Virus record (IMG/VR): IMGVR_UViG_3300019477_000097
Length of the DNA: 59,863 nt
Source of the DNA: a virus
Reading direction: 5' to 3' (one strand)
Shown piece by piece: positions 43,528-52,642 of the stretch. How positions within the stretch are numbered: position 1 is the stretch's first letter; every line of letters begins with the position of its first letter. Below the pieces are notes generated by a model that saw only the letters and a program-made list of their open reading frames with translations, searched no databases and had not been told where the DNA came from. The position numbers and the translations under genes are program-made.

Positions 43528-44202
43528 TTATTGTAAACGTTGTTTCTGCCATTTGCCAAGTTCGTTTGAAGCACTATTGCGCTTAATCCCATCCTCTTCC
43601 AGCACGTTCATAATCTCTTTGCGTAACTTGAGAACTGTGGTTAAATCTGTCGGTTTGCCAGCCGCTTCCCACATCTCGTCAGCTTTATCCCAAATTGCAT
43701 CACGAACGCCTGAACTTCTAGTTTTAAGTGTCATTTGGCGATACTGCTCGCTTTGCTCTATTTGCGTTATAGCGGGCGTTTGTTGCGCGGTAGGGGTAAG
43801 TGTAGGGGCGGTTGTATTTTGCGCCTGTGGCGTTAACGGCGGCGGGCTGGTGGGCTGTTTGCGTTTAAGTATTGCGCCTTTAACGTATTTGTAAGCATGG
43901 TTGTCAGTAGGACGAATCACGCTCGCTTGAAGTTTAACCTCTTCTTCATCCACATCAACAACGGGCATAGCGTCAATATAACCACAAAGAACGTCCTCAT
44001 GGTTCTCATGCAATTTGTCCGGCGCGTATTTACGAACCATCATTTTCTTTTCCAGTTCTGTTAAACCTCGCACCGCTGCAACAGTATCCGTAATTTTAAC
44101 AAAAGACTTTGGAATTTCAATATGTGCAAGGTTAAACAATACGGAAGTTTTAGGATGTTTGTGTAAAATATCCAAATTTTGCATATCAATAGAAACAAAC
44201 AT
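43528..44202 (-). CDS. Hypothetical protein (224 aa); C-terminal domain distantly like 2357..2716 and 42740..43429
   Basis: Thr/Pro/Gln linker, then GVRDAIWDKADEMWEAAGKP...NELGKWQKQRL (weak by-eye similarity). Confidence 0.65.
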   Translation of the reverse strand: MFVSIDMQNLDILHKHPKTSVLFNLAHIEIPKSFVKITDTVAAVRGLTELEKKMMVRKYAPDKLHENHEDVLCGYIDAMPVVDVDEEEVKLQASVIRPTDNHAYKYVKGAILKRKQPTSPPPLTPQAQNTTAPTLTPTAQQTPAITQIEQSEQYRQMTLKTRSSGVRDAIWDKADEMWEAAGKPTDLTTVLKLRKEIMNVLEEDGIKRNSASNELGKWQKQRLQ

Positions 44203-44219
44203 AATCTACTCCTTATTTG

Positions 44220-44504
44220 CTAGGCGTTTTCAATTCCTAAAGGGCAGTATTCAAATTTTTCAATAAATTCGTTAATCGGGCGGACAAATGTGCAACCGCG
44301 CGGATTCAATTCTTTGTAGATAGCCATTGTGGTTAATGTATCCTCCTGGATTGCTTCACCGAGATATAAATACATACCGCCTTTGTAGTGCTTGTATGTC
44401 GAAAGAACTTTCAGCGGCGGCTTTTTGGTAATTTCTTCAATTACATCATGCAAGCTGTTGCGGTTGCCAAGATACAAAGGTTGGATAAATGTTGATTTAC
44501 TCAT
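44220..44504 (-). CDS. DUF1653-like small protein
   Basis: AAAGGA RBS before the ATG at 44504. The pattern YKHYKGGMYLYLGEAIQEDT...FVRPINEF is present. Confidence 0.6.
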   Translation of the reverse strand: MSKSTFIQPLYLGNRNSLHDVIEEITKKPPLKVLSTYKHYKGGMYLYLGEAIQEDTLTTMAIYKELNPRGCTFVRPINEFIEKFEYCPLGIENA

Positions 44505-44514
44505 TTTAATTCCT

Positions 44515-46257
44515 TTAGAACGGGATATCGTCAATAATTAAAGGTTCGTTTGGAGATGTTGTAGTTACGGTATAGTTCTCAGTGTTCGGGCGGAAACCGT
44601 CGTCTTCGTCCACACCGAAAGCCGTGCCATCAAAACAGGTTGCGAGAATTTCAGGATACTTTTTGTTAGTCCAAACTCGCAAATGAGTTGGAACTTTCAA
44701 AATGTTAGTCATTTCCAAAGCCTGTTCGGTTTTCTCGGGAACAGGAATGTCCGTCCTCGCTCTCCACCAATCACGGGCTTTTTTACCTGCATAGTTAATA
44801 TGCTCGATGCACACATATTCCGAGAAGCATTTATAACCACAATAATAGGACACTTTCATCATCGGCGGTCGCCCGTCCTTACGATGCGTTGAGTATGCAA
44901 TATGGTCTATTTTAAACACTTCCACAATAGGCATATCTCCTTTAATAAGCTCTTTGGTGGACGCACCCTGCTTCAGTTTGGTCTCAAATGTAAACTCATG
45001 GTCGCATTGCATACCGTCTTTGTCCACGCCTGTACAAAATCGAACAGAAGCGTGTTGCCAAGTTCTGCATTTAGGACATTCTTTTACAGGTGGCGGTCCA
45101 GATTTAGACCCTTTCTTACGAGGAACGACAGGGTCGTTAATTGCACCCAAGCGGCGAGTATTATCCGCAAAGTCCAAAACTAAGCAGTTTTCTTTTCCAG
45201 GACAGGGTCTAGTACCTCGCCCTAACATTTGCACCCATAATACAGGAGAAGCCGTTGGACGTAAACACAAGATTAAGTCGATAGGTGGATGGTCGAAACC
45301 TGTGGTTAATACGCCGTTGTTCGTAATTGCTCGATATTTACCGCTTTTGAATCCTGCGATAGCTTCGTCGCGCTCGCTGTTGCTCATTTTACTATGCACG
45401 GCTACGGCGGGAATACCCATGTCGTTTAAAATGTCAGCTGCGTTTTTAGCGTGTTCAATCCCTGCACAAAATACCAACCAACTACGTCTGTCTTCACCCT
45501 CTTCGAGCGTTTCTTTAATCGCCTGGACGGTAATCTCATGTTTATCTACTGCATACTGCAATTCTTTTTCGATAAACTCTCCACCTCTCATGTGGACACC
45601 ATCAATATCGAGTTTGTAGTTAGTGGAACGAGGAATTAACGGTGCGAGATAACCCTCTGCGATAAATCGGTTGAAACATTCCACTGTGGTTAAGTCGATA
45701 CAGATATCCGTAAACAATGGCGGGCTTTCAGAACCGTCTTTTAAAACTTTACCGTCTGTCAACTTACCATGCCCTAAGCGATAAGGCGTGGCGGTCAAAC
45801 CTACAACTTTAATATACGGATTAATTCTTTTAAGTTCCCCAATGAACTTTTGATACATGGTTTCGTCATTAGGACTAACTAAGTGCGCTTCGTCAATAAT
45901 GATTAAATCAATATGTCCAAACAAATGCGCTTTTTTGGCAACGGACGCAATACCTGCAAATGTGATTGGCGCGTGTACGTCCTTGCGATTTAAACCTGCG
46001 GAATAGATTCCAGCAGGTGCAAAAGACCACATAGCCATCAGTTTGGAATAGTTTTGCTCGATAAGTTCCTTAACGTGCGTCAACATCATAATGCGCTGTC
46101 CAGGAAACTTGTCATAAACGCTTTTGAGGAATCCGGCAATCACAACGGACTTGCCCGTTCCGGTTGGAAGTGCGACCAAAGGATTTCCTGTTTTACCGGA
46201 CATAAAATAAGACCAAATAGCGTCCACGGATTCTTGTTGGTAATCTCGAAGTTGCAT
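44515..46257 (-). CDS. SF2 DEAH-box DNA helicase
   Basis: Walker A PTGTGKS, DEAH (IIIDEAHLV), motif VI QMLGRGTR, and a C-terminal Cys cluster CPKCRTW...C. Confidence 0.85.
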   Translation of the reverse strand: MQLRDYQQESVDAIWSYFMSGKTGNPLVALPTGTGKSVVIAGFLKSVYDKFPGQRIMMLTHVKELIEQNYSKLMAMWSFAPAGIYSAGLNRKDVHAPITFAGIASVAKKAHLFGHIDLIIIDEAHLVSPNDETMYQKFIGELKRINPYIKVVGLTATPYRLGHGKLTDGKVLKDGSESPPLFTDICIDLTTVECFNRFIAEGYLAPLIPRSTNYKLDIDGVHMRGGEFIEKELQYAVDKHEITVQAIKETLEEGEDRRSWLVFCAGIEHAKNAADILNDMGIPAVAVHSKMSNSERDEAIAGFKSGKYRAITNNGVLTTGFDHPPIDLILCLRPTASPVLWVQMLGRGTRPCPGKENCLVLDFADNTRRLGAINDPVVPRKKGSKSGPPPVKECPKCRTWQHASVRFCTGVDKDGMQCDHEFTFETKLKQGASTKELIKGDMPIVEVFKIDHIAYSTHRKDGRPPMMKVSYYCGYKCFSEYVCIEHINYAGKKARDWWRARTDIPVPEKTEQALEMTNILKVPTHLRVWTNKKYPEILATCFDGTAFGVDEDDGFRPNTENYTVTTTSPNEPLIIDDIPF

Positions 46258-47156
46258 TACATTGTCCTTTGACTGTAATGTTCACATCCTGTTAACTGTA
46301 ACTCTTTGGAAAGTTCTTTTTCCCCAAAGTCGATATTGCAAACCCATTTACCATCTGCAACAGGTTTGGAATAAGTGCAGGTTCGACAGTTTTTATCAGG
46401 TTTTGCGTTAAGGTGGCAGACTGGTCTGTGGTTACAAAAACGGCATTTATAAAATCCAGGAGACTCGCTTAATCGTTTCGGCGGTTCTGATAACCACACA
46501 ATCTTATGAGCGCGGTCGATATACTGGTCTGCAACCTCTGGATTTAAGGTTACAATTTCAGCGTGGATTTCGTCCGTGTTTTTGTTCACCGCCATATAAA
46601 GGGCGACAGCCAGACCCATCTTACGCATATAAACGTTCATTTGAACGTAATGTTCCCATTTTGCTTCACGGACACCTTTGGCTTGTAACTCTTTAAAAGA
46701 TTTTTCTGAATGTGTTTTAAATTCCAAAAGGCAGTAAGTGTTAGGGTCAATGTCTGGAACGCCCAATGCAACACCGTCGCCTGAACCACCAAAATGTCCC
46801 TCTACGTCGGAAATACGAAATTGATTACCGTTTGCGTCTTGTTGCCAAACTTGGCAACCAATCATCAGAAGTAACGCAATAAAACGTCCCTCTTCCAAAT
46901 GCCCACGATTAAACAGGCGTACCATACGTCCGTCAAATGCGGATTTAGTTGCCCAGAAGAAATCATACCAGATTGAGCGGGCGCATTCTTTACCAATAAG
47001 GGAAGCACCCATGTGTCCGCGATGCCCGTCATTACCTGGACGGTAAGCGTCGCCGATATGTGGTAATACTTGTCCTAACCACACTCGATATGCACTTCCT
47101 TGATCCTGTGCAACCATAGAATCAATCTTGTGCATTGTCTTTTTAGCTAGTTGCAT
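46257..47156 (-). CDS. PD-(D/E)xK exonuclease, Cas4/RecB-like with a C-terminal Cys cluster
   Basis: LLEFK-type nuclease core and CRFCNHRPVC...C..C. It neighbours the DUF669-like and Sak4-like genes. Confidence 0.65.
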   Translation of the reverse strand: MQLAKKTMHKIDSMVAQDQGSAYRVWLGQVLPHIGDAYRPGNDGHRGHMGASLIGKECARSIWYDFFWATKSAFDGRMVRLFNRGHLEEGRFIALLLMIGCQVWQQDANGNQFRISDVEGHFGGSGDGVALGVPDIDPNTYCLLEFKTHSEKSFKELQAKGVREAKWEHYVQMNVYMRKMGLAVALYMAVNKNTDEIHAEIVTLNPEVADQYIDRAHKIVWLSEPPKRLSESPGFYKCRFCNHRPVCHLNAKPDKNCRTCTYSKPVADGKWVCNIDFGEKELSKELQLTGCEHYSQRTM

Positions 47157-47174
47157 TTTGTATCCTTAAATAAA

Positions 47175-47198
47175 ACAGGCTCGCAAAAGCAAGCCTGT
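47175..47198 (-). terminator. Stem-loop plus T-rich tail between 47212..48000 and 46257..47156
   Basis: acaggct / agcctgt with inner GC pairs and an AAAA loop. On the minus strand it is followed by TTTATTTAAGG. Confidence 0.45.
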
Positions 47199-47211
47199 CT
47201 GTTACATCACT

Positions 47212-48000
47212 TTATTGTTGACCTTGTTGAGCTTGTGGACCCCACGGCGGTGTCGCGGCTTGGCTTTGAGCAATAGCAGCAGCTTCTTCAGGTGTCACTT
47301 GAACGTTATGTTGCTGTTGTGCGGTTGCTTGCGGTGCGGTTGGTGCAGGCTGTGTAGGCTCGTTGTTTGCCCATTGTGGAGCAGGCGCGGCGGGTGCAGG
47401 CTGTGCGGGTGCAACAGGCGCGGCGGGTGCGGTTGCTTGCGGTGCTACGGGTTGCGCCCATTGCTGCGGGGCATTTGCGGGCGGTTGCCATGTGCCGGCG
47501 GGCTGGGCTTGCGGTTGCGGTACAGCAGGGGCAGCAGGTGCAACGGGTGCAACAGGCGCGGCAGGGGCAGCTAAAGGAGCGGCTACGCCTTGTCCGTTAC
47601 CAGCACCAACGGCTTTATAACCGGAAATTTCGTTGGACGGGTCATATTGACCTGTTGGGTCGTTTGTAACCTTAACGCGGATTTGCATCGGCAAAGCATG
47701 GAGTTGCGAACTGTCTTGAACATTCAAAACGTTGACCGCGTGGCAGATTGTTGACAGTTGTTTTTGGGCAATGTCTTGTGCGACAGGGTTTTGGTTACGC
47801 AGGTTCAGACGGGTAAACACTTTACGACCAGCATATTGACCGTCAATAATGTTGAAACGCAATGCCAAGTAAGCACCGGAACCGTCGCGAGTAGGTTTCA
47901 TTTCGGATTCATCAATAACGGCGTTATACCAGCCAGCCGGAATCGGTTCAAAAGAGGTATCAGGTTGAATTGCATTAGCGTCAAAATTTAATGTTGCCAT
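47212..48000 (-). CDS. DUF669-like (putative ssDNA-binding) protein with a long Pro/Ala/Gln-rich tail
   Basis: The N-terminal pattern FEPIPAGWYNAVI...KPTRDGSGAYLALRF is typical of DUF669 (recalled). The C-terminal 130 aa are low complexity (APAAPVAP...). Confidence 0.6.
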   Translation of the reverse strand: MATLNFDANAIQPDTSFEPIPAGWYNAVIDESEMKPTRDGSGAYLALRFNIIDGQYAGRKVFTRLNLRNQNPVAQDIAQKQLSTICHAVNVLNVQDSSQLHALPMQIRVKVTNDPTGQYDPSNEISGYKAVGAGNGQGVAAPLAAPAAPVAPVAPAAPAVPQPQAQPAGTWQPPANAPQQWAQPVAPQATAPAAPVAPAQPAPAAPAPQWANNEPTQPAPTAPQATAQQQHNVQVTPEEAAAIAQSQAATPPWGPQAQQGQQ

Positions 48001-48011
48001 GATGGACTTCC

Positions 48012-48749
48012 TTATTGTTGAGTCGGTTGACTCATGATTTTCTGAAAAATTGCACCCAAAATCGGGGCTTCCATTGGATCCAGTGCGCCGCTTCGGTCTT
48101 TAGCTTCGTATTGCAAGTCGGGCTGTGTTTGCAAAAACCGGAAAGAATTACCTTGTTGGTCTTTGTTTACCCCTAAACGGAACACTTCGTCAAAGAAGAA
48201 AGGTAATTGATTACCTAACTTACTTCCGGGCATCGACGGTAAAAATCGAGTAACCCCAGATAGTTCGTCCTTTTGCGGTTCCATTTTAGCCGCAAAATAG
48301 ACATTTTTGTTTGGCAAGTCGCGGAACAAGCGAATCAGTGTTTGCATTTTTTCCAGCAATTCACCATAGGCTTGTCGAGGGTCTTTTACTTGCCGTTTTG
48401 CGTTGTTAAGAACAACTTCAGCAATTTCTGAAATACTGTCCAAAGCGATTGTTGCAAACCCTTGCGCTTCAGTGGAACGTGCCGCCCATTCGTAGGCTTC
48501 ACGCAGGTCGTCCACCGTGCTAATTTGGATAACAGGTATGTGGTAAGAAATCCACGGATTGCCCGGACCAAACAAGCGTTCCAAGTTTGCTTTACGGAGA
48601 GACAGCAAACCAGATTCTGCAGATAAAAGAATTGGCGTTGGACAGGTTGCTGTCAATACGGTTTTACCCATACCAGCCGGACCGTAAACCAGACATTTAA
48701 CGCCGTTTTGTGCGGAACTTTCTTCCGCTGTGGTAAATTTTAGTGCCAT
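48012..48749 (-). CDS. RecA-fold AAA ATPase (Sak4-like recombination protein)
   Basis: Walker A GPAGMGKT. About 245 aa, in the recombination module. Confidence 0.65.
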   Translation of the reverse strand: MALKFTTAEESSAQNGVKCLVYGPAGMGKTVLTATCPTPILLSAESGLLSLRKANLERLFGPGNPWISYHIPVIQISTVDDLREAYEWAARSTEAQGFATIALDSISEIAEVVLNNAKRQVKDPRQAYGELLEKMQTLIRLFRDLPNKNVYFAAKMEPQKDELSGVTRFLPSMPGSKLGNQLPFFFDEVFRLGVNKDQQGNSFRFLQTQPDLQYEAKDRSGALDPMEAPILGAIFQKIMSQPTQQ

Positions 48750-49123
48750 TATTTTCTCACAAATTGTTCGAGTTGTTTTGGAACTTCATTAATGAACTTC
48801 TCAAGCATTTCAGTTTCGTCCGAACCAATTTCATTTTCACAACGAATTTTAAAATGCTCAATCGCTTCTAAGGTTTTACGTTTACCGCCTTTTGCAGCAT
48901 AAACGGAACACAATAAATTAATAGTGAACGGAACTAATGAATCTCCTAATTCATTAAGTGCATATTCTCGTAACTCACTCTGGATTCTCTCGGAACGGCT
49001 TAACAACATTTCTTCTTCAACGTCCTCGTTCTCAATCCTTTTAAAAATTGCAAGTGCAAGTTCGTTGTTTGTGAATTCCGCCTCGCGGCGCATTTCCTCA
49101 AGTGTTGAGTTACTGAAAATCAT
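48749..49123 (-). CDS. Hypothetical protein (124 aa)
   Basis: ORF coupled to its neighbours. I recognised no family. Confidence 0.6.
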   Translation of the reverse strand: MIFSNSTLEEMRREAEFTNNELALAIFKRIENEDVEEEMLLSRSERIQSELREYALNELGDSLVPFTINLLCSVYAAKGGKRKTLEAIEHFKIRCENEIGSDETEMLEKFINEVPKQLEQFVRK

Positions 49124-49467
49124 TATTGTACTCCGCCTGCGGCGTTTAAAGCAACAACAAGCATATCAAAGTCCTCGTCCGGACCGAGAAGTTCTGCTGT
49201 TTGCTTAACGTGTTCGTAGTCCATGTCCAAGTCTTCCGCTAAACATTCCAAATACTCTTCGCGGTTTGAGTAGCCAGCTTCAATGTATTTGTTGTCGGTT
49301 GAGTCAATGTCCAAGTCCTCGCGGATACCCTCTGCACAAGACATAATTTGTGCCAAAAACCAGTCGAAAGACTCTGGACCGTAACCCGCATCTCCAGCGA
49401 GTTTGTTAATATAGTCGGCTGCTTCTCGCGCCTCAATATTGCTGTGGTTATTACAGATGACGTGCAT
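49123..49467 (-). CDS. Hypothetical very acidic protein (114 aa)
   Basis: Asp/Glu-rich throughout, with an AAGGAG RBS. Confidence 0.6.
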   Translation of the reverse strand: MHVICNNHSNIEAREAADYINKLAGDAGYGPESFDWFLAQIMSCAEGIREDLDIDSTDNKYIEAGYSNREEYLECLAEDLDMDYEHVKQTAELLGPDEDFDMLVVALNAAGGVQ

Positions 49468-49486
49468 AACTGCTCCTTTATTTAAT

Positions 49487-49528
49487 AAGGTAATTGTAGT
49501 TTTGTTCCGTTTGGATTACAATTACCTT
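49487..49528 (-). promoter_or_regulatory. Perfect 12-bp stem-loop between the ligase gene and 49123..49467
   Basis: aaggtaattgta / tacaattacctt with an 18-nt loop. There is no clear U tract. Confidence 0.4.
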
Positions 49529-49537
49529 TACACTTCA

Positions 49538-50446
49538 TTACATATCTAATTTATCACGAAAACCAAGAAAGACTGGGAAACGCGGGGCTTCTTTTACACC
49601 AATGAGAAAGGATTTATATTTAACAATCTTTCCTACAAGTGTCCCCTCTTTGTGCATATCCCAAAGTTCTTGGCGTGTTATTGCATCAAAACCAGTTCCG
49701 ATTTTGAACGTGATACCTGTTGTGATATCTTTAACCACAAGTGCGCCAAGTGTATCACCGCCGACTTTACCGTCTTTATGGTCTGAGCGAACAGTATTGC
49801 CGAGTGCATCGAGTGTTGCTTCATTGTGGTTATGCAATAACTCTTCCGCTTCTACAATTTCAGCTTCTGAGTCTGCAAACCGTTTTAACTTCAACAAGTA
49901 TCCTTGTTTAACCGTAGAACGACCGTATTTGTACGGGGCGTCGGGTTTGCGAATCATCACGCCCTCAAAGCCTTCCGAAAGAACGCGCTCTTCAAACCAA
50001 AGAAGCTGTTCTTTGTTATGCACAATTTCATGCGGAAGAACACGGACGCGCCCTTTTGTTTGTTTGAAGCAACCTTTAACTTCCCAAGAGGATAAATGGT
50101 CGAATCGTAAGTGATACGGGACTTCCGGGTTAGTCCAATAATCAAATACGAAGTATGTAAAATCAGGTTCACCGTCCTGGGACATAACCCCGCTTGTAGT
50201 GTTCTGCATACAGTTTTTGTCCACTGGCGAACCAACAATTAATTCACCGTCCAAACCGTTTAACAGCGGAAACTTAGAAATCTCGCTTTGGATAAACTTA
50301 TTAGGAATTGGTTTTAGGCTTCGACTTAAAGCCTTTCCATCTTTTATAACCGCTCGAATACCGTCGAGCTTTGCACTTACTAGCACCGGATACTCCAATT
50401 TTTCCAGTTCTGCTTCCACTGCCAGCATTGGTTTTAAATCTGCCAT
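49538..50446 (-). CDS. ATP-dependent DNA ligase
   Basis: Motif I AKLDGIR (adenylated Lys), motif IV EGVMIRK and motif V LLKLK. Confidence 0.85.
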   Translation of the reverse strand: MADLKPMLAVEAELEKLEYPVLVSAKLDGIRAVIKDGKALSRSLKPIPNKFIQSEISKFPLLNGLDGELIVGSPVDKNCMQNTTSGVMSQDGEPDFTYFVFDYWTNPEVPYHLRFDHLSSWEVKGCFKQTKGRVRVLPHEIVHNKEQLLWFEERVLSEGFEGVMIRKPDAPYKYGRSTVKQGYLLKLKRFADSEAEIVEAEELLHNHNEATLDALGNTVRSDHKDGKVGGDTLGALVVKDITTGITFKIGTGFDAITRQELWDMHKEGTLVGKIVKYKSFLIGVKEAPRFPVFLGFRDKLDM

Positions 50447-50906
50447 TTTTAAGACCTTTCTTTTGTCTTGCCTGCTTTAACGCTGCTTTTGCAGCACTAT
50501 CACAATGAGCATTAGATTTACTTCTCGCATCCTCTAAATTGGAATGCCCTTTAACGTGTTTAAAACTAATCTCAAGGTTAAACTGGTTCTTCAGTAACCA
50601 CAAATATTCTATTGCTTGGTTCTCCTTTTCCTGTTTAGGAATACGTTCTCCTGTAAACGCGCTTATAGCCGGAATGCTATCTAATTGTACCAGTATAGAA
50701 TCGCCTTTGTGAATCAGGAAACATTTTATGCCGTTATAAATGGCGTCTGCAACGGCAAGCATTTCTGCTTCACACGCGCTGACAACGTCAAACGTATAAA
50801 ATCCACTTCCTGCTTTTCTACCCCGCCCGCTGGCTATCCAAAAACCATAGCCTGCGGAACGGGTGCGGCTGCAATAACTGGCATCAGTCATCACAGTAAT
50901 AAACAT
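50301..50906 (-). CDS. RNase H-like nuclease with a basic C-terminal extension overlapping the ligase gene
   Basis: DASY..., EAEMLAV, LDS and HVKGHSN...NAHCDSAAK match the RNase HI catalytic pattern. The ORF continues 146 nt past the ligase start. Confidence 0.7.
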   Translation of the reverse strand: MFITVMTDASYCSRTRSAGYGFWIASGRGRKAGSGFYTFDVVSACEAEMLAVADAIYNGIKCFLIHKGDSILVQLDSIPAISAFTGERIPKQEKENQAIEYLWLLKNQFNLEISFKHVKGHSNLEDARSKSNAHCDSAAKAALKQARQKKGLKNGRFKTNAGSGSRTGKIGVSGASKCKARRYSSGYKRWKGFKSKPKTNS

Positions 50907-51244
50907 TAAGAACCCTCGCCAAAAGCACGGTCAAGTTCTTCGTTCATTGCGACGTAGTATTGCGGATATTCCGTTGTGGTTACTTTACGCAAAACATCCG
51001 CAACAGCTTCTTCACCGAATCGAGGTGTCAAACGTTCCAAGCGGTCCACAAACTCGTCTTGACATTTAAACACGTCTTTCCAGTAGTCGCGTTCGCTTTC
51101 GGTAAGTTCATAAGCCTGCGCTTCTTCGTTCCATTTATGTTTTAAGGAACGGTCCATACCGTAAGCCATAGCTTCAGAAATATCTTTGTGTTGAGGACTT
51201 TTTGCGGTCAATTCTTCCACAATACCGTTAACAATCACTTTCAT
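50906..51244 (-). CDS. Hypothetical protein (112 aa)
   Basis: Coupled ORF in the leftward block. Confidence 0.6.
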   Translation of the reverse strand: MKVIVNGIVEELTAKSPQHKDISEAMAYGMDRSLKHKWNEEAQAYELTESERDYWKDVFKCQDEFVDRLERLTPRFGEEAVADVLRKVTTTEYPQYYVAMNEELDRAFGEGS

Positions 51245-51256
51245 TTGATTACCTTT

Positions 51257-51643
51257 CTATTGTTTAGTAAAGTTTTCAGCTTCCTTTTGAACGTCTCGCA
51301 AATACATATCGTTCAAAATTTTTGCTTCCGGGGTTAAATGCCATGACAGCATCATATTCAGCATGGCTCGTAACCGAGTTACGAAAATCTTGCTTTCTTC
51401 TAAGTTACCTTTCTCGTGCAAATGTTGGACATAGTCCTCAAGTGTGGTTAACTCGTTAGCAATGAGATAGTCTGGTGTACGCGCTAAAGCACCAAGCATA
51501 ACGGAAATACCTTGTGGATGGCTCATAACGAACTTTTCCAGTTGCCCCGCTTCAAGTTGTAAATCCAAAGCGGCAGCAACCTTTTTGTCCATCATTTCAG
51601 ATTTGACAAAGGATTCCAAGTCCTTTAATTCTTTAGCGTTCAC
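51257..51643 (-). CDS. Hypothetical protein (128 aa)
   Basis: ORF with an RBS region, in the leftward block. Confidence 0.6.
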   Translation of the reverse strand: MNAKELKDLESFVKSEMMDKKVAAALDLQLEAGQLEKFVMSHPQGISVMLGALARTPDYLIANELTTLEDYVQHLHEKGNLEESKIFVTRLRAMLNMMLSWHLTPEAKILNDMYLRDVQKEAENFTKQ

Positions 51644-51855
51644 AGAACTAACCCTTTCAACTTAATTTCCATAGGTTTTAAAACTTTGACAATACCGTGA
51701 TTGACGACAGAACGAGAACTTACAAACCCACTAGTAGTTTCCTGTCCATACACACCTAAATTTGCGTAAATGTCATTTTTAGCAAGCTCGTCCAAAACAC
51801 TGTTCAAATTGTCAACAGCGGTTTTCAATTTGTCCGCTAATTCTTGTTCGTTCAT
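51640..51855 (-). CDS. Hypothetical protein (71 aa)
   Basis: Coupled ORF. Confidence 0.55.
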   Translation of the reverse strand: MNEQELADKLKTAVDNLNSVLDELAKNDIYANLGVYGQETTSGFVSSRSVVNHGIVKVLKPMEIKLKGLVL

Positions 51856-52196
51856 TACTCTACCTCCAAATCATCAATTAAATCTTTTAACATAAGGCTG
51901 ACTTGCTTTTGGACAACCTTGTGCATATCCTTTTGCAACTCGTCCCACCGTTTGTCAAACTGTGCTTCCAGCATAACGTACTGTTGCAAAATTTGCCCTG
52001 CCAAGCTCAAATGGATAAACGGATTGTCGTGTCCAATACGTTTATCCGCAACAAAAAGAATGCCACAACTTAAAAGTTTGTTGTAGTGCTTCTTGGACGT
52101 GAGATACTTTTCACCGTTAAACTCAACACCCTCTTCAGGGAACGTCCGCACGATGTATTTTTCGCCCCATTCAAATGACGCATTAATATCAATCAT
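51855..52196 (-). CDS. Hypothetical protein (113 aa)
   Basis: Coupled ORF. Confidence 0.6.
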   Translation of the reverse strand: MIDINASFEWGEKYIVRTFPEEGVEFNGEKYLTSKKHYNKLLSCGILFVADKRIGHDNPFIHLSLAGQILQQYVMLEAQFDKRWDELQKDMHKVVQKQVSLMLKDLIDDLEVE

Positions 52197-52618
52197 TATT
52201 CCGCCTCTTTAGGAGCAACAATTTCCAATCCAGGCATACCGTCTTTAATTACCAAAATTTGGTCAAAGAGTTTGGTTTGCTCTTCCGACAGTTTACGGTA
52301 GACCGACAGTTTTAATGACGGTTTCCATTCCACAATATCGTCCAAGCGAATACCGGCGGCTTGCAATTCCGGTGTCAGGCTGACCATTGCACCTTTATCA
52401 ATAGTACGGTTAATTACCCGTTTGCCGTTAAGCGTGTAACCACCCTGCAATTCGAGTTTGTTCGTACCCTCATGCGCTTCTGCAAAGTAAGCGGAAAAAA
52501 TCTTTTTACGCAACTCGGATTCGCGCTCTTTGAGTGCTTCCAATTTTAATTTCAAATTGTACCACTCATTGAATTCCTCTTGTGTTACGGTTACAAGAGG
52601 TTTACTGTTTAAAGACAT
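52196..52618 (-). CDS. Hypothetical protein (140 aa)
   Basis: AAGGAG RBS (reverse complement of 52626-52634). It is the first gene after the 52643..52708 intergenic element. Confidence 0.65.
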   Translation of the reverse strand: MSLNSKPLVTVTQEEFNEWYNLKLKLEALKERESELRKKIFSAYFAEAHEGTNKLELQGGYTLNGKRVINRTIDKGAMVSLTPELQAAGIRLDDIVEWKPSLKLSVYRKLSEEQTKLFDQILVIKDGMPGLEIVAPKEAE

Positions 52619-52642
52619 AATGTTAGCTCCTTTTTGGTTTGC

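Noticed and set aside
47215-47669. ORFs overlapping the Pro/Ala-rich tail of the DUF669-like gene (and, similarly, 33317..33680 in the tailspike linker)
   Set aside because: GC-rich repetitive coding DNA keeps several frames open, and the translations are Cys/Gly/Arg-rich nonsense.
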